Position numbers and translations under genes: made by a program. From Hydrurus foetidus (taxonomy: Eukaryota), in NCBI GenBank assembly GCA_900617105.1, contig UYFQ01000815.1, positions 1-46,895 of the forward strand: DNA of 46,895 nucleotides. Reading direction: 5' to 3'. Within the stretch, counting starts at the first letter, position 1, and the number at the start of each line of letters is the position of its first letter. Shown here in pieces: positions 35,412 through 46,895 of the stretch. The notes below the pieces were generated by a model. That model saw nothing but the letters and a program-made list of their open reading frames with translations. It was not told the DNA's origin and ran no database searches.

Positions 35412-36581
35412 TCAATAAAAGTAATTTCTAATTTGGCTTATGCCGGTCGTTCGGACTCTAAAGTTATAAAGTTTATGTGTTACAATAAGTAGTCTACCTC
35501 TACGTTCCTTGTCATAAGAAAGTTTATTTAGAAGTATTCGGTAAACTTTACTTACAGCACCCATTCCCCACTCTGCAGCTTGTCGCATAGACGTTATAGA
35601 AGTTGATAATCGAGTCAGTGTTGGTCTAGCTGCTCTGTGTGCTCTTTCGATATCACCATCTTTAAGAGGCGTCATGATGCGACCAAACATTTCCTTCGAG
35701 ACTGGAAATGCTGAGTCCGACAAGACGCCGTGCCCATCTACATTTCTGGCAGGATCGCTGAGCTTTTCACGGAATGAACGGCTCATTTCTGAATCATTCC
35801 AACTCCCAAAATAATTCAACTTCGCCCAGATTATCACGCCATCCACGGAGAAACACGTTGTTCCAGTTATAAGCGCCTGATGTAGCCATGAGTTGTATAA
35901 GCAATTCTGGAGAAATGCGTTTCCTGGTTCTTGGACAGTGTAATTTTTACCGTCAATGAAGCCCCAGCGCCCTTTCAGTAAAGGTTCCTGGAGAAATGTC
36001 CAGTTACTAATCATTTGAATAAAAATGATCAACAAAATATAACGCACCTTTTTTTCCACAAGAAGTGCCATGCGGACTTGATCTGCCTTAGTTGGCCAGA
36101 CAACATCTGCTTCTTTTGTTGCATTTAATGCGAGCAGCAATGCCTTTTCTGCTTTGATCAATGTGCGGCTCAAAGTTGAAGGTGCAATCCCGAACATTTC
36201 CGACCAAGTTTTTTTCTCTGCTGGACTGCAATAGGAATGGAGGAGTAAGGATAATACACAATGGTGATCTTTCACTCGCGGAGGTCTGCCCCTTTTGCTG
36301 GGACCAGACTTGAATTTATAGAAGAGCTTGAATCTTGACAGCAAGTACTCGAAACTGCTTCTCGTCAAGGAAGTAGCACTTAAAAGATCGGAATCGCAAC
36401 CTTCGCGGTACAAGACGTACCAAGGTGCTTCTCTAACGCTTGGAAAAAGAGCCGCCGAGCGAAAAAAGTTCCTATCTTTGAGATAGAATTTCAATTTCAA
36501 GAGGAGTGCCATCACCATGACTTTCTTGACTCGAGTCCTCCTTCTCTGCTGTTTCCGGACGATGTAGATGACTTCTATCAT
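35412..36581 (-). CDS. DDE_Tnp_4-type (Harbinger/IS5-like) transposase with a probable 60-bp in-frame intron (35988-36047)
   Basis: FGIAPSTLSR (HTH), WGFIDGKN, GSWNDS, LSDSAFP, RQAAEWGMG and LYNFRVR; no stops. Confidence 0.92.
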   Translation of the reverse strand: MIEVIYIVRKQQRRRTRVKKVMVMALLLKLKFYLKDRNFFRSAALFPSVREAPWYVLYREGCDSDLLSATSLTRSSFEYLLSRFKLFYKFKSGPSKRGRPPRVKDHHCVLSLLLHSYCSPAEKKTWSEMFGIAPSTLSRTLIKAEKALLLALNATKEADVVWPTKADQVRMALLVEKKVRYILLIIFIQMISNWTFLQEPLLKGRWGFIDGKNYTVQEPGNAFLQNCLYNSWLHQALITGTTCFSVDGVIIWAKLNYFGSWNDSEMSRSFREKLSDPARNVDGHGVLSDSAFPVSKEMFGRIMTPLKDGDIERAHRAARPTLTRLSTSITSMRQAAEWGMGAVSKVYRILLNKLSYDKERRGRLLIVTHKLYNFRVRTTGISQIRNYFY

Positions 36582-37541
36582 GATCTTGTAGTTGTGACGT
36601 ATATTGGATTTTTGGTGACACCTGTTAAACCAAATCGATTTGATACCTGGTACCAGATTTGTTTTGATACCAGGTAGTATCAGTGTTCAGGTTCCAGTAA
36701 AAACCTCATTTTTGGTGGTCTTCCACTGCGCCTTTCGCACTCTTTGCTTTTTCCTTCGTGCACCTATCGACGCGCACAGCGGCATACACTGTGTCCACGC
36801 GATCTTCATCACGTCAATGTATCTTCACTATCTTCATCTCACATGCAATCTGTAATCTTAGCATTTCTCGACAGTTAGAGCACCGAATATTCTGACGGAC
36901 CGATGCATTATTATGAGTGTAGATGTTCTTACGTGACGAAAACGAATGAACCCGCGCATTGTTCTGTACTTAAAAGTGTCGTGCAAGATTAGAACTCAGG
37001 GCTTCATACCAGGTGTTTCAAAGGAGAGGGGGCTTCAAATCCTCTCTCGACTGAAATTTTCCTCTCTGTCCCACCCAGGCTTGACCAACATACAATATTA
37101 TCCATGAAATAAAATGTTGAAATCACCTGATTTTGACACTACAATACTCACATGATTGTTTGAATCTAGAGTCTTATTCATTGAATGTATTTACACCGTA
37201 CATCCATAATTGGCAGACATTAGAACTTGTTACAGTTACATGTATTGTGCCCTGCGATTTAAGTGCTTGATCAAGTCGAAATATATGTCTTTTGCGTCCC
37301 AATCTTGCAGAAAAGTTACGTGATCGAATATCATTTAACATCAGACTAAAATTAAATTAGCAAAAATAAAGAACCAGAAATAATGTGCGCAGACAGAAAT
37401 CCTCGAAGAATCGAGAATTTCTTCTGAATAAAGAAACTAAAAAAAGTTATGACTGAGAGGATAAATAGAATCCCAGAAAATAAATCGAAATCGATTGAGC
37501 GGAAGATGTTTGAGATCAACTCCATAATTTGGAAGAGATTT

Positions 37542-40500
37542 TCAATTTTCAGCAACAACGACAGTGACAATGCTGTATCTTGTCTTGCGACGTCTTTTCA
37601 TGCGACATAGAAAAAAAATAATTGTTAGCAAAGCGACAACGAAGCCACCAACGCCTACTCCAACAGCTATCGGTATGGTGGAGGAGTCGCCAGTAGCTTT
37701 AGCTGATGCGGTTACAGGAGAGGAGGTGGGGCTGGAAGTAGGTGAGATGTCAACGACAATCGCTATCTCACTGGCTGATAATGCAGCCAGTGCGGGCGAA
37801 GATGAGTGAATAGCGGCTGTCAAGGCGCCTGATGATATCGCTTCCTTTAAGTTGTCAATTAGTGCTGACGGAGCATCAGCACTGTTCATGATTGTTAGGA
37901 CATATTGAACTGTAGCAGTCGATGCGGTCAAGACATCCCACTTAGTAACTGTGACTTCCCCGCTAGTAATACTAACTATCTTGACGTTACCCACATGAAT
38001 ACCTAGTACACTCGCGATGCTGCTTTGGAATGCCCTCTTGAATAATGGAGATATCGCGACTATACATCAAAATAGTGCACACAAGAAATATGTAGATATT
38101 AACTTGGGTTAGAAAAAGAAGACATATGGAAAAATTTAAAAGACATAATTTGGACGAAAGTATCGAAAAAATTCATGTATTTTCGGGCAATTGTAAAGTT
38201 TATATCTAACCTGTAGTGTTGATTCCCGATATCGTTTGAATAACGCTAAAGGAATTCACAATAAGAAATGTGGGCGCATTTGAGAGACTAGATGACGTAG
38301 GATTCAACGATGATGAGAGTGTGGGACTACATGACGTAGGATTCAACGATGATGAGATTGTGGGACTACATGACGTAGGATTCAACGATGATGAGAGTGT
38401 GGGACTACATGACGTAGGATTCAACGATGATGAGAGTGTGGGACTACATGACGTAGGATTCAACGATGATGAGAGTGTGGGACTACATGACGTAGGATTC
38501 AACGATGATGAGAGTGTGGGACTACATGACGTAGGATTCAACGATGATGAGAGTGTGGGACTACATGACGTAGGATTCAACGATGATGAGAGTGTGGGAC
38601 TACATGACGTAGGATTCAACGATGATGAGAGTGTGGGACTACATGACGTAGGATTCAACGATGATGAGAGTGTGGGACTACATGACGTAGGATTCAACGA
38701 TGATGAGAGTGTGGGACTACATGACGTAGGATTCAACGATGATGAGAGTGTGGGACTACATGACGTAGGATTCAACGATGATGAGAGTGTGGGACTACAT
38801 GACGTAGGATTCAACGATGATGAGAGTGTGGGACTACATGACGTAGGATTCAACGATGATGAGAGTGTGGGACTACATGACGTAGGATTCAACGTCGGTG
38901 AGAGTGTGGGACTACATGACGTAGGATTCAACGATGATGAGAGTGTGGGACTACATGACGTAGGATGCAACGATGATGAGAGTGTGGGACTACATGACGT
39001 AGGATTCAACGATGATGAGAGTGTGGGACTACATGACGTAGGATTCAACGATGATGAGAGTGTGGGACTACATGACGTAGGATTCAACGATGATGAGAGT
39101 GTGGGACTACATGACGTAGGATTCAACGATGATGAGAGTGTGGGACTACATGACGTAGGATTCAACGATGATGAGAGTGTGGGACTACATGACGTAGGAT
39201 TCAACGATGATGAGAGTGTGGGACTACATGACGTAGGATTCAACGATGATGAGAGTGTGGGACTACATGACGTAGGATTCAACGATGATGAGAGTGTGGG
39301 ACTACATGACGTAGGATTCAACGATGATGAGAGTGTGGGACTACATGACGTAGGATTCAACGATGATGAGAGTGTGGGACTACATGACGTAGGATTCAAC
39401 GATGATGAGAGTGTGGGACTACATGACGTAGGATTCAACGATGATGAGAGTGTGGGACTACATGACGTAGGATTCAACGATGATGAGAGTGTGGGACTAC
39501 ATGACGTAGGATTCAACGATGATGAGAGTGTGGGACTACATGACGTAGGATTCAACGATGATGAGAGTGTGGGACTACATGACGTAGGATTCAACGATGA
39601 TGAGAGTGTGGGACTACATGACGTAGGATTCAACGTCGGTGAGAGTGTGGGACTACATGACGTAGGATTCAACGATGATGAGAGTGTGGGACTACATGAC
39701 GTAGGATTCAACGATGATGAGAGTGTGGGACTACATGACGTAGGATTCAACGATGATGAGAGTGTGGGACTACATGACGTAGGATTCAACGATGATGAGA
39801 GTGTGGGACTACATGACGTAGGATTCAACGATGATGAGAGTGTGGGACTACATGACGTAGGATTCAACGATGATGAGAGTGTGGGACTACATGACGTAGG
39901 ATTCAACGATGATGAGAGTGTGGGACTACATGACGTAGGATTCAACGATGATGAGAGTGTGGGACTACATGACGTAGGATTCAACGATGATGAGAGTGTG
40001 GGACTACATGACGTAGGATTCAACGATGATGAGAGTGTGGGACTACATGACGTAGGATTCAACGATGATGAGAGTGTGGGACTACATGACGTAGGATTCA
40101 ACGATGATGAGAGTGTGGGACTACATGACGTAGGATTCAACGATGATGAGAGTGTGGGACTACATGACGTAGGATTCAACGATGATGAGAGTGTGGGACT
40201 ACATGACGTAGGATTCAACGATGATGAGAGTGTGGGACTACATGACGTAGGATTCAACGATGATGAGAGTGTGGGACTACATGACGTAGGATTCAACGAT
40301 GATGAGAGTGTGGGACTACATGACGTAGGATTCAACGATGATGAGAGTGTGGGACTACATGACGTAGGATTCAACGATGATGAGAGTGTGGGACTACATG
40401 ACGTAGGATTCAACGTCGGTGACAGTGTGGGACTACATGACGTAGGATTCAACGATGATGAGAGTGTGGGAGTACATGACGTAGGATTCAACGATGATGA

Positions 40501-43500
40501 GAGTGTGGGACTACATGACGTAGGATTCAACGATGATGAGAGTGTGGGACTACATGACGTAGGATTCAACGATGATGAGAGTGTGGGACTACATGACGTA
40601 GGATTCAACGATGATGAGAGTGTGGGACTACATGACGTAGGATTCAACGATGATGAGAGTGTGGGACTACATGACGTAGGATTCAACGATGATGAGAGTG
40701 TGGGACTACATGACGTAGGATTCAACGATGATGAGAGTGTGGGACTACATGACGTAGGATTCAACGATGATGAGAGTGTGGGACTACATGACGTAGGATT
40801 CAACGATGATGAGAGTGTGGGACTACATGACGTAGGATTCAACGATGATGAGAGTGTGGGACTACATGACGTAGGATTCAACGATGATGAGAGTGTGGGA
40901 CTACATGACGTAGGATTCAACGATGATGAGAGTGTGGGACTACATGACGTAGGATTCAACGATGATGAGAGTGTGGGACTACATGACGTAGGATTCAACG
41001 ATGATGAGAGTGTGGGACTACATGACGTAGGATTCAACGATGATGAGAGTGTGGGACTACATGACGTAGGATTCAACGATGATGAGAGTGTGGGACTACA
41101 TGACGTAGGATTCAACGTCGGTGACAGTGTGGGACTACATGACGTAGGATTCAACGATGATGAGAGTGTGGGAGTACATGACGTAGGATTCAACGATGAT
41201 GAGAGTGTGGGACTACATGACGTAGGATTCAACGATGATGAGAGTGTGGGACTACATGACGTAGGATTCAACGATGATGAGAGTGTGGGACTACATGACG
41301 TAGGATTCAACGATGATGAGAGTGTGGGACTACATGACGTAGGATTCAACGATGATGAGAGTGTGGGACTACATGACGTAGGATTCAACGATGATGAGAG
41401 TGTGGGACTACATGACGTAGGATTCAACGATGATGAGAGTGTGGGACTACATGACGTAGGATTCAACGATGATGAGAGTGTGGGACTACATGACGTAGGA
41501 TTCAACGATGATGAGAGTGTGGGACTACATGACGTAGGATTCAACGATGATGAGAGTGTGGGACTACATGACGTAGGATTCAACGTCGGTGACAGTGTGG
41601 GACTACATGACGTAGGATTCAACGATGATGAGAGTGTGGGAGTACATGACGTAGGATTCAACGATGATGAGAGTGTGGGACTACATGACGTAGGATTCAA
41701 CGATGATGAGAGTGTGGGACTACATGACGTAGGATTCAACGATGATGAGTGTGGGACTACATGACGTAGGATTCAACGATGATGAGAGTGTGGGACTACA
41801 TGACGTAGGATTCAACGATGATGAGAGTGTGGGACTACATGACGTAGGATTCAACGATGATGAGAGTGTGGGACTACATGACGTAGGATTCAACGATGAT
41901 GAGAGTGTGGGACTACATGACGTAGGATTCAACGATGATGAGAGTGTGGGACTACATGACGTAGGATTCAACGATGATGAGAGTGTGGGACTACATGACG
42001 TAGGATTCAACGATGATGAGAGTGTGGGACTACATGACGTAGGATTCAACGATGATGAGAGTGTGGGACTACATGACGTAGGATTCAACGATGATGAGAG
42101 TGTGGGACTACATGACGTAGGATTCAACGATGATGAGAGTGTGGGACTACATGACGTAGGATTCAACGATGATGAGAGTGTGGGACTACATGACGTAGGA
42201 TTCAACGATGATGAGAGTGTGTGGGACTACATGACGTAGGATTCAACGATGATGAGAGTGTGGGACTACATGACGTAGGATTCAACGATGATGAGAGTGT
42301 GGGACTACATGACGTAGGATTCAACGATGATGAGAGTGTGGGACTACATGACGTAGGATTCAACGATGATGAGAGTGTGGGACTACATGACGTAGGATTC
42401 AACGATGATGAGAGTGTGGGACTACATGACGTAGGATTCAACGATGATGAGAGTGTGGGACTACATGACGTAGGATTCAACGATGATGAGAGTGTGGGAC
42501 TACATGACGTAGGATTCAACGATGATGAGAGTGTGGGACTACATGACGTAGGATTCAACGTCGGTGAGAGTGTGGGACTACATGACGTAGGATTCAACGA
42601 TGATGAGAGTGTGGGACTACATGACGTAGGATTCAACGATGATGAGAGTGTGGGACTACATGACGTAGGATTCAACGATGATGAGAGTGTGGGACTACAT
42701 GACGTAGGATTCAACGATGATGAGAGTGTGGGACTACATGACGTAGGATTCAACGATGATGAGAGTGTGGGACTACATGACGTAGGATTCAACGATGATG
42801 AGAGTGTGGGACTACATGACGTAGGATTCAACGATGATGAGAGTGTGGGACTACATGACGTAGGATTCAACGATGATGAGAGTGTGGGACTACATGACGT
42901 AGGATTCAACGTCGGTGAGAGTGTGGGACTACATGACGTAGGATTCAACGATGATGAGAGTGTGGGACTACATGACGTAGGATGCAACGATGATGAGAGT
43001 GTGGGACTACATGACGTAGGATTCAACGATGATGAGAGTGTGGGACTACATGACGTAGGATTCAACGATGATGAGAGTGTGGGACTACATGACGTAGGAT
43101 TCAACGATGATGAGAGTGTGGGACTACATGACGTAGGATTCAACGATGATGAGAGTGTGGGACTACATGACGTAGGATTCAACGATGATGAGAGTGTGGG
43201 ACTACATGACGTAGGATTCAACGATGATGAGAGTGTGGGACTACATGACGTAGGATTCAACGATGATGAGAGTGTGGGACTACATGACGTAGGATTCAAC
43301 GATGATGACAGTGTGGGACTACATGACGTAGGATTCAACGATGATGAGAGTGTGGGACTACATGACGTAGGATTCAACGATGATGAGAGTGTGGGACTAC
43401 ATGACGTAGGATTCAACGATGATGAGAGTGTGGGACTACATGACGTAGGATGCAACGATGATGAGAGTGTGGGACTACATGACGTAGGATTCAACGATGA

Positions 43501-46500
43501 TGAGAGTGTGGGACTACATGACGTAGGATTCAACGATGATGAGAGTGTGGGACTACATGACGTAGGATTCAACGATGATGAGAGTGTGGGACTACATGAC
43601 GTAGGATTCAACGATGATGAGAGTGTGGGACTACATGACGTAGGATGCAACGATGATGAGAGTGTGGGACTACATGACGTAGGATTCAACGTCGGTGACA
43701 GTGTGGGACTACATGACGTAGGATTCAACGATGATGAGAGTGTGGGAGTACATGACGTAGGATGCAACGATGATGAGAGTGTGGGACTACATGACGTAGG
43801 ATTCAACGATGATGAGAGTGTGGGACTACATGACGTAGGATTCAACGTCGGTGAGAGTGTGGGACTACATGACGTAGGATGCAACGATGATGAGAGTGTG
43901 GGACTACATGACGTAGGATTCAACGATGATGAGAGTGTGGGACTACATGACGTAGGATTCAACGATGATGAGAGTGTGGGACTACATGACGTAGGAGTTC
44001 AACGATGATGAGAGTGTGGGACTACATGACGTAGGATTCAACGATGATGAGAGTGTGGGACTACATGACGTAGGATTCAACGATGATGAGAGTGTGGGAC
44101 TACATGACGTAGGATGCAACGATGATGAGAGTGTGGGACTACATGACGTAGGATTCAACGTCGGTGAGAGTGTGGGACTACATGACGTAGGATTCAACGA
44201 TGATGAGTGTGGGACTACATGACGTAGGATTCAACGATGATGAGAGTGTGGGACTACATGACGTAGGATTCAACGATGATGAGTGTGTGGGACTACATGA
44301 CGTAGGATTCAACGATGATGAGGGTGTGGGACTACATGACGTAGGATTCAACGATGATGAGAGTGTGGGACTACATGACGTAGGATTCAACGATGATGAG
44401 AGTGTGGGACTACATGACGTAGGATTCAACGATGATGAGAGTGTGGGACTACATGACGTAGGATTCAACGATGATGAGAGTGTGGGACTACATGACGTAG
44501 GATTCAACGTCGGTGAGAGTGTGGGACTACATGACGTAGGATGCAACGATGATGAGAGTGTGGGACTACATGACGTAGGATTCAACGATGATGAGAGTGT
44601 GGGACTACATGACGTAGGATTCAACGACGATGAGAGTGTGGGACTACATGACGTAGGATTCAACGATGATGAGAGTGTGGGACTACATGACGTAGGATTC
44701 AACGATGATGAGAGTGTGGGACTACATGACGTAGGATTCAACGATGATGAGAGTGTGGGACTACATGACGTAGGATTCAACGATGATGAGAGTGTGGGAC
44801 TACATGACGTAGGATTCAACGATGATGAGAGTGTGGGACTACATGACGTAGGATTCAACGATGATGAGAGTGTGGGACTACATGACGTAGGATTCAACGA
44901 TGATGAGAGTGTGGGACTACATGACGTAGGATTCAACGATGATGAGAGTGTGGGACTACATGACGTAGGATTCAACGATGATGAGAGTGTGGGACTACAT
45001 GACGTAGGATTCAACGTCGGTGAGAGTGTGGGACTACATGACGTAGGATTCAACGATGATGAGAGTGTGGGACTACATGACGTAGGATTCAACGATGATG
45101 AGAGTGTGGGACTACATGACGGAGGATTCAACGATGATGAGAGTGTGGGACTACATGACGTAGGATTCAACGATGATGAGAGTGTGGGACTACATGACGT
45201 AGGATTCAACGATGATGAGAGTGTGGGACTACATGACGTAGGATTCAACGATGATGAGAGTGTGGGACTACATGACGTAGGATTCAACGATGATGAGAGT
45301 GTGGGACTACATGACGTAGGATTCAACGATGATGAGAGTGTGGGACTACATGACGTAGGATTCAACGATGATGAGAGTGTGGGACTACATGACGTAGGAT
45401 TCAACGATGATGAGAGTGTGGGACTACATGACGTAGGATTCAACGATGGTGAGAGTGTGGGACTACATGACGTAGGATTCAACGATGATGAGAGTGTGGG
45501 ACTACATGACGTAGGATTCAACGATGATGAGAGTGTGGGACTACATGACGTAGGATTCAACGATGATGAGAGTGTGGGACTACATGACGTAGGATTCAAC
45601 GATGATGAGAGTGTGGGACTACATGACGTAGGATTCAACGATGATGAGAGTGTGGGACTACATGACGTAGGATTCAACGATGATGAGAGTGTGGGACTAC
45701 ATGACGTAGGATTCAACGATGATGAGAGTGTGGGACTACATGACGTAGGATTCAACGATGATGAGAGTGTGGGACTACATGACGTAGGATTCAACGATGA
45801 TGAGAGTGTGGGACTACATGACGTAGGATTCAACGTCGGTGAGAGTGTGGGACTACATGACGTAGGATTCAACGATGATGAGAGTGTGGGACTACATGAC
45901 GTAGGATTCAACGATGATGAGAGTGTGGGACTACATGACGTAGGATTCAACGATGATGAGAGTGTGGGACTACATGACGTAGGATTCAACGATGATGAGA
46001 GTGTGGGACTACATGACGTAGGATTCAACGATGATGAGAGTGTGGGACTACATGACGTAGGATTCAACGATGATGAGAGTGTGGGACTACATGACGTAGG
46101 ATTCAACGATGATGAGTGTGTGGGACTACATGACGTAGGATTCAACGATGATGAGAGTGTGGGACTACATGACGTAGGATTCAACGTCGGTGAGAGTGTG
46201 GGACTACATGACGTAGGATGCAACGATGATGAGAGTGTGGGACTACATGACGTAGGATTCAACGATGATGAGAGTGTGGGACTACATGACGTAGGATTCA
46301 ACGATGATGAGAGTGTGGGACTACATGACGTAGGATTCAACGATGATGAGAGTGTGGGACTACATGACGTAGGATTCAACGATGATGAGAGTGTGGGACT
46401 ACATGACGTAGGATTCAACGATGATGAGAGTGTGGGACTACATGACGTAGGATTCAACGATGATGAGAGTGTGGGACTACATGACGTAGGATTCAACGAT

Positions 46501-46895
46501 GATGAGAGTGTGGGACTACATGACGTAGGATTCAACGATGATGAGAGTGTGGGACTACATGACGTAGGATTCAACGATGATGAGAGTGTGGGACTACATG
46601 ACGTAGGATTCAACGATGATGAGGGTGTGGGACTACATGACGTAGGATTCAACGATGATGAGAGTGTGGGACTACATGACGTTGGATTCAACGATGATGA
46701 GAGTGTGGGACTACATGACGTAGGATTCAACGATGATGAGAGTGTGGGACTACATGACGTAGGATTCAACGATGATGAGAGTGTGGGACTACATGACGTA
46801 GGATTCAGCGATGATGAGAGTGTGGGACTACATGACGTAGGATTCAACGATGATGAGAGTGTGGGACTACATGACGTAGGATTCAACGTCGGTGA
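37542..46895 (-). CDS. Giant mucin-like, S/T/P-rich type-I membrane protein, 3' part (intron 38060-38210; 5' end beyond the window; five apparent frameshifts in the array)
   Basis: The repeat ORF splices (phase 1) into VAISPLFKRAFQSSIASVLGI..., then SPTSSPTSSP, the TM segment IPIAVGVGVGGFVVALLTIIFFLC, and the stop-transfer RMKRRRK. Confidence 0.78.
38290..46895 (-). repeat. Coding minisatellite, 39-bp unit, about 220 copies, runs off the right edge
   Basis: Plus-strand unit gatgatgagagtgtgggactacatgacgtaggattcaac; the minus strand encodes NPTSCSPTLSSSL. Confidence 0.99.

Larger units (their letters stand above)
33881..36724. mobile_element. Apparently intact autonomous PIF/Harbinger-superfamily element F
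   Basis: TIR GGAAGACCACCAAAA and ACT TSD (33878-33880, 36725-36727). Two convergent open ORFs; ATACCTGGTA subterminal repeats at both ends. Confidence 0.93.

Noticed and set aside
37015..37055. tRNA or SINE suggested by GGGGCTTCAAATCCTC (T-loop/B-box-like hairpin)
   Set aside because: I could not build a cloverleaf or find an A-box; tRNAscan-SE would settle it.
38290..46895. CRISPR array
   Set aside because: The units are head-to-tail with no unique spacers, there are no cas genes, and the context is eukaryotic.

Overview
Eukaryotic genomic DNA with short GT-AG introns. A uroporphyrinogen-III synthase carrying a signal-plus-transit-like leader suggests an alga with a complex plastid, probably a stramenopile (inference). 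Bases 1-29.4 kb are a dense nest of transposable elements: a decayed Ty3/gypsy, Ty1/copia remnants, three different pogo-like (DDE_1) elements, a long-TIR MITE, and two PIF/Harbinger-type elements. Several of these are nested with junctions resolvable to the base. One apparently intact pogo element interrupts a HIRAN-domain gene. A recent, near-identical inverted duplication with three junctions (19600-22334 versus 24569-29413) could produce a long hairpin RNA. Bases 30-34 kb hold two host genes, a METTL21-like methyltransferase and UROS/hemD. An apparently intact two-gene Harbinger-type element lies just upstream of UROS. From 37.5 kb to the end is the 3' part of a giant type-I membrane, mucin-like gene built from about 220 copies of a 39-bp unit (NPTSCSPTLSSSL). 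All family assignments come from motif recognition by eye; no database searches were run.
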